64,000 nucleotides of DNA from Ostrea edulis (GCF_947568905.1 NC_079164.1:16368001-16432000); one strand, 5' to 3'. Numbered from the stretch's first letter, positions 38,344 through 52,400 are shown. Notes: a model not told the origin generated them from the letters alone. A program made the numbers and translations.

Positions 38344-39414
38344 CTAGAAGCCATGGAGTGCAAGAAGTTTGACCTATAACTGGTCATCATTGACTCTCAT
38401 GAATGTTTCTTTTGGCCGTTGAGGGACATTCGCAAAAATTTCCAAAAAATTTAGCAAAATACAAGTCGGTATAAAAATTCTTGTAATAATCGATATCTCC
38501 TCCCCCAAAGTCAATTTTGTGTTAAATGGTTAGTTTCAATTGATCAGTAATGGGAAGCATAACAGTTTTGTAATTCTTAGAATAATTTGACTATTAAGTA
38601 TTTATCATACAAATATTGTTAACGATACAAATCACAGCAAATGTATCAGCTTGAAAATTTTACTTACAAACATTTGGTTTCTGAAAAGGCTAGTGAAATG
38701 TACATCTGTGTAAAATCAGTATTTCTTGTCAGATTTATCTGCAATTAAATTATTTAAATATGAAATATTCTAGATTTGTATATTTTGAAAACGAAACTGT
38801 TGATAGGTAGTATCTTAGAATTTGTTTGCCAGGAATGATAACTTAATTTCAATCAACTAGGGAAAATTGATAATAATCAAAAATATGTTTTACATCAATA
38901 CAATCACACAACAAATATTGAGAAAGTGCGTGTAATAATTAGTCACATTTATGAATATCTTAAAAAGGTCAATTATACAGTTTATGACATGTGTGAATGT
39001 ATATCATTTAAAGGAGAGAATTGTGTAAGTTTGGGAACTTGTATCCAATCCTTTTGTCAAATTGGTCATTAAATATGTTCAAATCAATAATTATGTCTGA
39101 CATCTGTTCTTAATTTATATCTATCAAGAAATGCATGATAACTAAATATATCAATATTCGAAAGTTTTTAATTGAACAAAGCGCTTCCCTATACATATAT
39201 CTTATGTTATATGTATATAATTCCAATGTTATTTATTACAATTGTTTTGATTGGACAATAATAAAGCTAAACGAGAATTTACACATCAATAAATCCAGAA
39301 ACGCTATGCATTCATACGCGCCTGAAAACAAATAACATATAGTGCGGGGAAACTATTCAAATTGTTGAAATTGATAATACAGAGAACGAATTGGAATTAT
39401 ATAAGAATCACACA

Positions 39415-39536
39415 TTCTTTTTGAAGAATTTATTGATGTGTAAATTCTGGACATTTTAGTCACATACTAAGCACTTTTATTCAATTTGTGAGTAAAATGT
39501 CCAGAGTTTACACATCGATAACTTCTTCAAAAAGAA
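39415..39536. repeat. ~50-bp-stem palindrome/hairpin
   Basis: ttctttttgaagaatttattgatgtgtaaattctggacattttagtcaca pairs with tgtgagtaaaatgtccagagtttacacatcgataacttcttcaaaaagaa around a ~22-nt loop. Confidence 0.85.
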
Positions 39537-40206
39537 AGTTTAATCCTATAATATCTTATGACATGTCTTCCTATTAGATAAAGAACATGAGTTGATACTA
39601 CGCTAAAAACGAAATCAAATGTTACACGCACCTGTATCCATAAAACATTTTTCTAAAAATATTTTACTAATTTAAGAAAGGATAAAGATAAAAACTTATC
39701 GGATTATTCATTATGTGTACATTCCTTTATAAAATGTTTTAACTCTTACAATAAAACATTCATCGAATAAATTGATTCTAAGTGTATACATATCACAGGA
39801 AAGGGAAAACGTCACGTTTTGTCAAATGCTTGATACTTTTTGAAGTCGATCCCCCTTCCAAACACGAACAGGTGTTCTCTATATAATTCGTATGTAAATA
39901 TTAATTTGGTTTTTGGTACGGTATAAAGCTACTCAAATATTCTTTGTAAGCGCTGTGGATCATTATGAATTTAGTGTATGGACCAATCAACGCTTTCCTC
40001 CAGCGGAACCCGAACATTTCAAATATAGACTGCACTGCATCATGACTCGGGAAAAACCGGTTCAGTTGATTCGGGTTCCTGTGCATCATCTATAGAAAAG
40101 AAATAATTTAAAGAAATGCCAAACAGTAGTCAAACTTAAAACATAATTTTTATAAAAAATATTACAACAGATCAATAGGACATTACGTGAAAGCAATACG
40201 CTATGC

Positions 40207-40865
40207 TATGGTGGCAGGGGAAAGTTTCTTTGGTTCTGAAACAAGTGGATAGGGGGTATACATCAAAATCAGATTATGACAGACTAATAAAAAATCATAT
40301 TTCCCTTTTATGTCAATACTTGTATTTCATATTAGTGTAGTCAATAAATTATGACCCTAAATTACATGTAATCTATAAATACTGGTGCTGGTGCATAAAA
40401 CATGCTCTGAGCAGGTTCCCCTTTTTTGCTTTGATTTTCTCTCATTTGGGCTAATCCGCACCACCCCCACACCATCACAGTACCAACCATGGGGATTTAG
40501 ACACTGTGCACAATCAAGAACCCTATCTGCCCTTCTCAAAAATCTACCTTTCATATGGGGCCATCCATCTTCCCTCACATCTACAGACCTTTTGCTGGAC
40601 CATGCATGTTTTCACCGGAATTTCTTCAGTAACTGACCACGTGTCTTAGTTTCGTATTTGCACCCATCTATATGCTAGGAATCATGGTGACACCTAAATG
40701 TTGTATATCAACATTTTTATTAAGCACTCAGCTACATTTGACATGCATCCTAAAATTATTGTACACATTTTTACACATATAATATCACTTCAAATATGGG
40801 GTATTTCCATATTTTTTTTAAAAAGTTGACAGGCCTATAGTGCGAAACTGTCCCCTTCTACCTAT
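40207..40865. mobile_element. Possible MITE with short imperfect TIRs
   Basis: tatggtggcaggggaaagtttc versus gaaactgtccccttctacctat. Confidence 0.3.
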
Positions 40866-40884
40866 CTGAATTAACTATACTTAT

Positions 40885-41140
40885 TAGTTTGTGCAGGTTC
40901 GATTCTCGATCCCGGGGCCGAATCAAACCTAAAACGTGTAACCGTTCTGCCGCCAGGAAGTGAAAGTCACGGGTATTTGAAAACTAAAGTTCCGTGTCAC
41001 GGTAGACGTTGGCACGATAGGGAACCCTCACTGCTTTGGCACTGAGTGTTAAATGGTGTACTTCACCTACAGCTGGTGACGTCTCTATATGAGTGAAAAA
41101 TTCTGAATGGGACGTCTTACAATCATAAACAAATAAAACA
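40885..41140 (+). mobile_element. tRNA-derived SINE (partial head, shared 3' tail)
   Basis: B box GGTTCGATTC at 40896-40905. Tail ggtgacgtctctatatgagtgaaaaattc is shared with 35807-36040. Confidence 0.6.
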
Positions 41141-43068
41141 GCCCGAATGGCAAACCATCTCAAACTTGAATTTTAAACTTGTTCTGTTATATACTTTCAC
41201 AATTTGTTTATCGGCTTCTCTGGTGAAATTTGTTCTATCGCAGGAAAAAAAAGTCAAAATGTATGACGATAAAACTGGTCATACCTATACAAATTACAAA
41301 TTTTATGTTTAATCGATAACTAGATGTACGTGATGCATGTTTAACTTCATCAAGTGTAAAGATAATATTTGAATTATATAAATGATAACAATTTATGTTT
41401 AAGATTTCTTGGTTTAGTTGTGCATATCTAAAAATAGACATGGGTGACCTAATTCCCATGATTGGCCAGCAGAGCAGTGTGCCAGTGGTCTGATTACCAG
41501 GATACATCAGTTTAGTTTAAGGATGCATGTTTAGGCAGGTTAACGACCCACAGTAAAACACGCTAAGGAGAAAGCTGTGGTTCTCGACACATCGGACAGT
41601 GTAGATATTGATCAGTTTTCCGGATCACACAAATGTTTTATTGTAGTTCTGTGTTCCCATCAACATACAATGTGTAAGAAGACACCGTTCACCATTCCTA
41701 TAGTTGTATTATTTTTAGTCAATTTAAGAATTAATTTGTTTGATATAATAATCAACATATTTTTAGATGTGGTTTTATTCAAGGTCATTCAATTTTTAGA
41801 ATAGCAAAATAAAATTTATTCTAATAATAATAAATTATTTACCTAGTATTATTATTAAAACATTTTATCATTTTTTATCATAAACAAGATTTGTTCAGAT
41901 TCTAGATACATTTTGCGGCGGTGGAAACCATTCTTTGAAAATGGGAACTTTTTTAAAAAATCATTTCCTAATAAAGAATTTACACTTACACTTTGATTTT
42001 CCCTTTGTATTTCGAAAAAAAATTACGGAAATTAAAACATGGTGCCATTATACAACGAAAAACTACTAAGGACTAGAAAAACTTACAAAAGCTCTTTGGC
42101 ATGGGCAATGATGTCCAGGAAACCAGGTGAATTTTTTTCACACTTTTTTTAAACAGCAGAAGCCACACACGTAATGTATTAAATAGTTTGCCATTAAAAT
42201 CATGCGCACAATGAAACTGATGTAATATATATGACAAATTATTTTATATAAAACATCTTAATTGATATAATAAACCGTTACCTGTTGATGACGTCACAAT
42301 CCTGTAAAATGAGACGTTGTTTCCTTTAATGTTTTGTTTTTTAAATTTACATACATGTAGATAGTTGAATAATTCTTGCTGTTTTGAAAATATTATGAAA
42401 AGATAAATGATTGAATTGTACCTTATTCGTGATAGCAATGCAACTACATATATTCAATACAGTTTATTCTAGTTTTGCCAATATAAACCATTTTCAATTT
42501 AATTACAAAATTAGAAGACGAAAAACATTTTTCCGAACTTCAATTATCAGTGGAAACGGATTTCAGTAAGAGGATTATTGATCCTTTGATTTTTGCTAGA
42601 AAATAACAAATAAAACAAACAAACAAAACATTTTCAGTTTTCAAATCAAAGCAAATTTAACAATACACAATGGATATAATTTAATTGTTAGAATTTTCCT
42701 GACTCTAAGATATTAATGTAATTTTGATGGTCTCTGGAGAAAAAGAACCTTAAATATTTATGTGAGTTTCGCAAACCTGATGAAAGCCAACAGTTTGCCA
42801 CCACCATTTCGCGATGTACTTGATAATTTGTACTTTATATTATAAACGGCACCATCAGTCATTGACCAATCTAGGATCTTAATGACCATGTCGATATCGA
42901 CAGCAACATATCGGCGGTGGTGAAAGAGTCGCAAAAAGAATAGAGAAACAGAGAGGGTATTGTTATCAACAACACACGTGTTCATGTCAGTTTTGGGTGT
43001 GTATGAAATGAGAAGAGGCGGACTAAACCGTTTACAGCGAATATAGACCGAGTAACCAACGATACATA

Positions 43069-46000
43069 TAGACAAGCTCACAGAACAGGACAGATCTAGA
43101 CAATCTCACAAAACAGAATATAATCTAGACAATCTCACAAAATAGAATAGATCTAGACAATCTCACAGAACACAATAGATAGAGACAAGCTCACAGAACA
43201 GAATACATCTAGACAATCTCACAGAACATAATAGATTTAGACAATCTCACAGAACAGATCTAGACAATCTCACAGAACAGAATATATCTAGACAATCTCA
43301 CAGAACAGAACAGATCTAGACAATCTCATAGAACAGAACAGATCTAGACAATCTCACAGAACAGAATAGATCTAGACAATATCACAGAACAGAACAGATC
43401 TAGACAATCTCATAGAACAGAATAGATCTAGACAATCTCACAGAACAAGATAGATCTAGACAATCTCACAGAACAGAATACATCTAGACAATCTCACAGA
43501 ACACAATACATCTAGACAATCTCACAGAACACAATACATCTAGACAATCTCACAGAACAGAATACATCTAGACAATCTCACAGAACACAATACATCTAGA
43601 CAATCTCACAGAACATAATAGATCTAGACAATCTCACAGAACAGAATACATCTAGACAATCTCACAGAACAGAACAGATCTAGACAATCTCATAGAACAG
43701 AATAGATCTAGACAATCTCACAGAACAGAATACATCTAGACAATCTCACAGAACAGAATACATCTAGACAATCTCACAGAACACAATACATCTAGACAAT
43801 CTCACAGAACAGAATACATCTAGACAATCTCACAGAACAGAATACATCTAGACAATCTCACAGAACATAATACATCTAGACAATCTCACAGAACAGGATA
43901 CATCTAGAAAATCTCACAGAACAGAATAGATCAAGACAATCTCACAGAACAGGATACATCTACACAATCTCACAGAACAGAATACATCTAGACAATCTCA
44001 CAGAACAGAATACATTTAGACAATCTCACAGAACAGAACAGATCTAGACAATATCACAGAACAAAATAGATCTAGACAATCTCACAGAACAGAAGAGATC
44101 TAGACAATCTCACAAAACATAATACATCTAGACAATCTCACAGAACAGGATACATCTAGACAATCTCACAGAACAGAATAGATCTAGACAATCTCACAGA
44201 ACAGGATACATCTAGACAATCTCACAGAACAGAATACATCTAGACAATCTCACAGAACAGAATAGATCTAGACAATCTCACAGAACACAATAGATAGAGA
44301 CAAGCTCACAAAACAGAATACATCTAGACAATCTCACAGAACAGAATACATCTAGACAATCTCACAGAACAGAACAGATCTAGACAAGCTCACAAAACAG
44401 AATACATCTAGACAATCTCACAGAACAGAACAGATCTAGACAATCTCACAGAACAGGACACATCTAGACAATCTCACAGAACAGAAGAGATCTAGACAAT
44501 CTCACAAAACAGGATAGATCTAGACAATCTCACAGAACAGAATACATCTAGACAATCTCACAGAACAGGATAGATCTAGACAATCTCACAGAACACGATA
44601 GATCTAGACAATCTCACAGAACAGAATACATCTAGACAATCTCACAGAACAGGATAGATCTAGACAATCTCACAGAACACGATAGATCTAGACAATCTCA
44701 CAGAACAGAATACATCTAGACAATCTCACATAACAGGATACATCTAGACAATCTCACAGAACAGAATAGATCTAGACAATCTCACAGAACAGGATAGATC
44801 TAGACAATCGCACAGATCAGAATACATTTAGACTATCACACAGAACAGAACAGAGCTAGACAATCTCACAGAACAGAACAGATCTAGACAATCTCACAGA
44901 ACCGAATAGATCTAGACAATTTCACAGAACAGGATAGATCTAGACAATCTCACAGAACAGGATACATATAGACAATCTCACAGAACGGGATAGATCTAGA
45001 CAATCTCACAGAACAGGATACATCTAGACAATCTCACAGAACAGAATACATTAAGACAATCTCACAGAACAAGATAGACCTAGACAATCTCACAGAACAG
45101 ATCTAGACAATCTCACAGAACAGAATATATCTAGACAATCTCACAGAACAGAACAAATCTAGACAATCTCATAGAACAGAACAGATCTAGACAATCTCAG
45201 AGAACAGAATAGATTTAGACAATCTCACAGAACAGAACAGATCTATACAATCTCATAGAACAGAACAGATCTAGACAATCTCACCGAACAGAATAGATCT
45301 AGATAATATCACAGAACAGAACAGATCTAGACAATCTCATAGAACAGAATAGATCTAGACAATCTCACAGAACAAGATAGATCTAGACAATCTCACAGAA
45401 CAGAATACATCTAGACAATCTCACAGAACACAATACATCTAGACAATCTCACAGAACACAATACATCTAGACAATCTCACAGAACACAATACATCTAGAC
45501 AATCTCACAGAACACAATACATCTAGACAATCTCACAGAACATAATAGATCTAGACAATCTCACAGAACAAAATAGATCTAGACAATCTCACAGAACACA
45601 ATACATCTAGACAATCTCACAGAACAAGATAGATCTAGACAATCTCACAGAACAGGATACATCTAGACAATCTCCCAGAACAGGATAGATCTAGACAATC
45701 TCACAGAACAGGATACATCTAGACAATCTCACAGAACAGAATACATTAAGACAATCTCACAGAACAAGATAGACCTAGACAATCTCACAGAACAGGATAC
45801 ATCTAGACAATCTCACAGAACAGAACAGATCTAGACAATCTCACAGAACAGAACAGATCTAGACAATCTCACAGAACAGAATAAATCTAGACAATCGCAC
45901 AGATCAGAATACATTTAAACTATCTCACATAACAGGATAGATCTAGATAATCTCACAGAACGGAATACATCTAGACAATCTCACAGAACAGAATACATCT

Positions 46001-46687
46001 AGACAATCTCACAGAACAGAATGGATTTAGACAATCTCACAGAACAGAATACATCTAGACAATCTCACAGAACACGATAGATCTAGACAATCTCACAGAA
46101 CAGAATACATCTAGACAATCTCACAGAACAGAATACATCTAGACAATCTCACAGAACAGAATACATCTAGACAATCTCACAGAACAGAATACATCTAGAC
46201 AATCTCACAGAACAGGATACATCTAGACAATCTCACAGAACAGAATAGATCTAGACAATCTCACAGAACAGGATACATCTAGACAATCTCACTGAACAGA
46301 ATACATCTAGACAATCTCACAGAACAGAATAGATCTAGACAATCTCACAGAACACAATAGATAGAGACAAGCTCACAAAACAGAATACATCTAGACAATC
46401 TCACAGAACAGAATAGATCTAGACAATCTCATAGAACAGAACAGATCTAGACAATCTCATCGAACAGAACAGATCTAGACAATCTCACAGAACAGAATAG
46501 ATCTAGACAATCTCACAGAACAGAATACATCTAGACAATCTCACAGAACAAGATAGATCTAGACAATCTCACAGAACAGATCTAGACAATGTCACAGAAC
46601 AGAATAGATCTAGACAATCTCACAGAACAGAATACATCTAGACAATCTCACAGAACAGAATAGATCTAGACAATCTCACAGAACAGG
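43069..46687. repeat. 28-bp satellite array (~3.6 kb, ~130 units)
   Basis: Consensus TCTAGACAATCTCACAGAACAGAATA(C/G)A, with occasional 23-bp deleted units. Confidence 0.98.
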
Positions 46688-48600
46688 ATGCATGGTCGTT
46701 GTCTTCACCTTTCATAAAGGAATAAAACTTTAATTCATCAAAATTGTTATTCTCTGATGTCTTGAATAGTTATTTTGTCATTTCGAATTTCCAAAATTTC
46801 GGCTTTAACATCACTGAAGAAACATTATTTGTCGAAATGCACATCTGGTGCATCAAAATTGGTACCTTATAAGTTTTACATTTGTACCAATTTTATAACC
46901 CTTCAAATATCACTGTTGAAAAAAATGGACTTGATAAAAACTACAGTTCGGTATTTTATTCTTGTCGAACATAAGCATGTTTAAGTGAAATTCAGATACA
47001 AATGAAAAACCTCTGAATGTAGAGACCAATGTTTGATTTCAAAGAATCATTGGTTAGATGCAGAACACGAAAATCCCCTAATAGTTAATTTGATAATGTA
47101 AATCCTACATGAAATGAAACACAAAATGTCTGCGTGCGCGTTAGCATCTCGTGTCATTGCCTATGAGGCTAATAATGTCGATATCTAATATCCTAAATAT
47201 CATATTGCTGAACATTTCACGCACACTGGTCAGATGTTAATGAACTTGCTCAACCTTTCCGACCGCTTGACCTTATCGTTCATTGATTTCCCAGATACTT
47301 CTCATTCTCTTAACCACTGTTACTATAACAACTGATATTTAATATACATGTATATATAACAAGATCGGTTGCAAAATCGGTTATTAAAACGAAATTAATG
47401 TGAAGTTAATTTTCGTTATATTAGGCAAACGAGGAACAAATTTTGGTAGATGACATGTGATTCATGATCTTTTTGTTAAGTTTTTAATTATTATTATTAC
47501 TACTATTTTGCCTTAAAAATTTCTCGTTTTAAATTTTGTTTTTACTCTACAGATGTGAAAGGTATTCATAGTTAGAGTTACTGATATATATATCCTCTAT
47601 AAACCAAAAACGGCCGCGATTTCAGTCGTGATATTTTCTAATTAAGGCAATACCACCATCATATGACTTCGCTTTATTGTGGATTCAAAGTAGAAAAAAC
47701 TATACTAATATTTCCACTTAATATAGTTTAATCTAATCAATAACCAAAGTAAGTGTATATGCTGCCGTCCTTTCACGGTCGTCAAACATAAGTATACATT
47801 CGTATATGTTAACATTAGAAAATTGCACAATTTCGTTAAACAGACTAATAAAGCAAATAAACTCACACAAAACTGGTAAAAGTGACAAAATTTTAATTCT
47901 AACGGTTTACAAAAACAACTGCTACTTTATAAATATATGAATATTACATGTAATATTGTAGATATCGGGGAAACCATTGTGTTATAGACAAAGAAATTGA
48001 GCAAATGCCAGCATAGAAATTGTGGCGCTTGACAACATATTTTAAATGTAGATAATTGATTTTTAATATATAATATAAACTTTCTTCAGAATGATTTTGC
48101 AAACACGTTGGCCGTATCGGCTACCTTAATATTCAAATACCGAACAAAGCATACACACATTCAAACAACCGCAATCAAAACACGCACGCTCACCACTATA
48201 CATACATGTATGTTAGAATCGGAATGGACACCACGTGACACGAGTGTATCTCGTGATATGTTAACATAATCAAAAAATAGCATGTGCCTTGACATATAAA
48301 TTGCATTCAAATTTATGAAGAGCATAGCTGAGCAAAATCCATACACGTGTGAGCATCCACTTCAAATAAAATGCAGTGTTACTTTGAAAAGAAAGACAAC
48401 TCTCATTTGATAGAGAGGCCAGCATTTAAAGCTGCATGGTCCGATGTTCACCTGCTATTTTGTTATTGTTTTTTCATAATAGTACAGCAGCTGAATTAGG
48501 AATTAGTTTTAAAAGTTATCAACTTTACCTAAATTACATCTTTTTTTAAAAATGTGAGATTATTTAAAAAGTAACTATAGGGGGAACTCATCCATTACAT

Positions 48601-48784
48601 TTGCCGCTCGTTGTAGGAACTCCTATTCGATTCACGCTCGTTGTAGGAACTCCTATTCGATTCACGCTCGTTGTAGGAACTCCTATTCGATTCACACTCG
48701 TTGTAGGAACTCCTAATCGATTCACGCTCGTTGTAGGGACTCCTATTCGATTCACGCTCGTTGTAGGGACTCCTATTCGATTCA
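48601..48784. repeat. 30-bp minisatellite x6
   Basis: (TTCACGCTCGTTGTAGG(A/G)ACTCCTATTCGA)6. Confidence 0.95.
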
Positions 48785-49249
48785 AATAATGAAATATGGA
48801 GTCAAGAATATAAATGGATCAAATCCAGTTCATTTTGCCATCTCAACTTTTTCCTCCCTTCGTTGTTCGAACGTACGGTCTGTTCTGTCAGGACTGGTGT
48901 CATTTCACGTCTGCTACGAGTCTATAAATAGACGTACATAACTCAGGCGCAACTGTCTAAATTTAGGTTTCAAAGAGCGTAAAACGATGACGATATTTCG
49001 AAATTACTAAGAGGTATTGGCTATTTTCATTTCTTTTAAAACAAGAAAGTGAAACACTTATGACACGTTACTGTTGTAACAAAGTACACACCTATGTCCA
49101 CCGATGAACTTATCCCTGGAAGTCTGAACTGGACACGTGACTGTCGCTTGATTTATCTTCTGAATATGCATCAGAAATGACCGAATGATCGTTGTTTGTA
49201 AACACCCATTTAAAACCACATACTTCTCGTGAAAGGCGAAAACAGGTGC

Positions 49250-49600
49250 AAGGTGGACTTAACGAACAGTGATCAATTTAATAACTCCTATAAGGAATAC
49301 AAAATAAAGAGTTGGGCAAACGCATACCACTGGATATTAATTTGTTAATAAAACGTCGTCAATTTATCTAAATGTGGAGTCGAAGGCAAGACATTTTTTT
49401 CTCATGTATAAGCTTTTTTGATAAACCCTGCTTCCTTTAAGAATATAAACAGACTGTTAGAAGACCCGATCACCGAAGATTACGAAGATATTGTCAATGA
49501 GGAACTCTAGCATATTCTTAATTTCAACTTGTGCGGGGAATCAGAAAGGTGTTTAACAGTTTTGGATGACTGATCACTAAATATCAATATTTCCTTTTTT
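49250..49600 (-). mobile_element. Penelope-like fragment with internal deletion
   Basis: Terminus at 49250 joined to an RT segment matching ~8920-9065. Confidence 0.7.
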
Positions 49601-50137
49601 CCATTTTTGCTGAGAAAGCAGCTGTCTATGTCAAAAAGTATGATCTTTAATTTATCGCGAGGAATGGTCGTGTAACTTGTTGAAAACTATTACGTTTTTG
49701 ATGTTGTTGATTTCAGAAAAGCTTTCCGATTTCATATTTACTGAAGGTTCTTTAAAAGTTTTCAAAATCCACCTCTGATTTACACCACTTCTGATCTATG
49801 TTGTGGTACAGTACGTTTGAATTTTCTCCTTCACAACTGTTTAACATTTTCAAGAGGAGCAATATATCTTTGTAAGAGTTTTTGTGATGTAAAGTATGAC
49901 ATTCGATGATTTAACAGTGTTTTATGTGGTCGAAAGTCGGACCATATAGTTTTAAATTGTGTAAATTCCCTAATTAGAAATTACCAGTAGAACGTTATGC
50001 AATCAGCTGTTGGTTGTCGGTTGTTTGTTTTACGCTCGTCGATTGAGATTGAAGCAAACGAGAAGTGTTACATTTGTATATAACAGGTATAAACATACCC
50101 GTGACTGGTTTTTTTTTTCAGTCAGTAATATTAAATA

Positions 50138-50138
<1 letters not shown>

Positions 50139-50192
<54 letters not shown>
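50139..50192. repeat. (CT)n microsatellite
   Basis: About 27 CT units. Confidence 0.95.
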
Positions 50193-50198
<6 letters not shown>

Positions 50199-51016
50199 AT
50201 AAAGAGTTTGCTAACGCAAGTCTAAAAGGGACTGGTTCACGTTTTTTGAAAGAAATGTTTATCATTTTTTATGTTAAAATTAAAAAATATAACTCATTTA
50301 ATGTTGACAGCCAAAATTTGAACTGTCTGAATGCAAGGATAAGAGCAGTATCTTAGCTTTGATTCTGTGTTATGTAAACAAAGACTCGAGTCTTTTTATG
50401 TAAACAAACAAACCAGTGAAACGTTAATTTTTGTAATTTAAAGCATCTTCATTTTGTACCATCACAAATTTTAACTTTTAAATGATACGTTTTACTTAAA
50501 GTATACTTGAAATGTGATATATCTAATAAACTTTGATCAATATCCCTTTATTTTGAAAACTTCGTAAACAATAACACACCTCAATCTTTGTTTTCAAAAC
50601 AAATAATAAACTCTATATAATGAGCTTCTGTCTTGATGAATAACCTTAATTTTTTTGTGTGAAACCTTCTTAACATATTAGACTATAGATTTTGATCATT
50701 TAAAGTGAAAAACAAAATTTGAGGGGAAATCGTGATTAATATTTGTGTTATACATGTTTTCTTAAAACATTTGTACAAATGCATGAATAGAATTTAATTC
50801 CTGAAAAATAATTTATGAAGCCACTAATATGTGATTGATGATGACAGGGATAATCAATTTTCGTTACACTGTAAGTTAGCTTTGCTGTTTTACGGGTAAA
50901 GCATATTCTTTATAAACACATGCATCGTCCGACGATGGTATATGACAGTCTACCACTGTATTGAATATTTGGTTCAATAATGTAAAATGAGAAGCTTTTG
51001 AAATATGTGTCAAGTC

Positions 51017-51134
51017 GGTCATCTTCTAGCATCCTCGTAAAATTCACATTATCAAAGAGATGGGCGCACTCATGACAGAAGGACCGCCCATCTATTTGAT
51101 AATGTGAACATTACTCAGATGCTAGAAGATAACC
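51017..51134. repeat. ~50-bp-stem hairpin
   Basis: The inner 24 bp (ttcacattatcaaagagatgggcg / cgcccatctatttgataatgtgaa) are 23/24 paired around an 18-nt loop. Outer arm ggtcatcttctagcatc / gatgctagaagataacc. Confidence 0.85.
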
Positions 51135-51228
51135 ATTACAAAATTCATCCCCATGGGTATTCAAGCAGACTGCTGAAAGACATGATAACCAAAGACTACG
51201 TAGATAATGAAAATGAGGAACTCAAACA

Positions 51229-51742
51229 TGAAAGGTGAATATAACGAACAGTGATCACTCTCAAACTCCTACAAGCAATACAAAATAGAATTGGGCAAAT
51301 ACGGACCCCTGGATATACCAGTTGGGATCAGTTGTAAGCATCCCTGTCGAACGGTCACACCCGTCGTGAGCCATATGTCTTGTTCGGGTAAACGTAGTCA
51401 ACATCAGGGTGCCAAGAATGGCCTAACCATGAAAGTATGATAAAAAAAAAGTTATCACATGCGTCAAATTTATACGCGTACGGTTCGCCGTAGATTGCTA
51501 GACGACGTCGTTTGAGCGTAATAATTCTTTACACACTGATTTAGACTACTGATTATTCTGTTCACCTGACCAAGAAATAGGGCTCACGGCGGATGTGACC
51601 GGTTGACAGGAGATTCTTACCCCTCCTTGACACCTGATCCCACCTCTGGTATATCCAGGAGTCTATGTTTGCCAAACTCTTAATTTTGTATTCCTTAAAG
51701 GAGGAAAGAGATTGATCAGTGTTTGTTATCTTCACCTTTTCA
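51229..51742. mobile_element. Fold-back pair of Penelope-like termini
   Basis: Minus-strand terminus at 51229-51430 and plus-strand terminus at 51530-51742. Confidence 0.75.
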
Positions 51743-51746
51743 TCAA

Positions 51747-52009
51747 GTGGGGATTTGGGTTAGAAGAGGTCCTCAGTAACCCTTGATTGTCGTAAGAGGC
51801 GACTAAATGGGGCGGTCCTTCAGATGAGACCGCAAAAACTGAGGTCCCGTGTCACAACAGGTGTGGCACGAGAAAGATCCCTCCCGGCTTAAAGGCAGTA
51901 AGCGCCGAGCATAGGCCTAAATTTTAAGTCCTTAACCAGCAAAGGTGACGTCTCCATATGAGTTAAATATTCTCGAAAGCGACGTTAAACAATATTCAAT
52001 CAATCGATC
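51747..52009 (+). mobile_element. SINE (same family as 35807-36040)
   Basis: High similarity by eye; (CAAT)n tail. Confidence 0.7.
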
Positions 52010-52139
52010 AAAAGTTTTACAAGTGAATCAAATGAGACATTGTGAATATTTGTTTGTTCTTTAATATTTTTTTATTCTTTTATTATTATTATTTATTTTT
52101 TTTGTATAGTCAATGTCCGTGACTATTACCTTTTTTTGT

Positions 52140-52400
52140 GAATTGGGGAAATGTCTCATCACATTTCCGTTATTTCCATGTGGAAACATCAGATCCCCCG
52201 CAGTATCTCTGGTGTCGTTGCACCCATATGGAAACACAGTGTCTAGTGTATTGATCCAGTGGTCTTCCCGTAGTTTACGAAACGAAGTAGTTAGAGTTGA
52301 ATTTTCAGTGTGATGGTATTTTTCTCTCTAGAAATCTAACCCTCAGGAATGAGATGGAATCATCTAGGAAATTGAAATGTCTAAAGTATCAGATGATGTT
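52140..52400 (-). pseudogene. Degenerate GIY-YIG endonuclease C-terminal part (Penelope-like element)
   Basis: Minus-strand translation gives YFRHFNFLDDSISFLRVRFLE (frameshift) KYHH...SFRKLREDHWINTLDTVFPYGCND. This matches the RExxWIxxLxTxxPxGxN motif of PLE endonucleases, and coding continues after it. Confidence 0.6.

Noticed and set aside
41600-41680. Minus-strand HCPMCR, RING-like ending
   Set aside because: In-frame stops upstream and no other RING ligands.
43069-46687. CRISPR-like array
   Set aside because: Head-to-tail 28-bp monomers without unique spacers, eukaryotic context and no cas genes.
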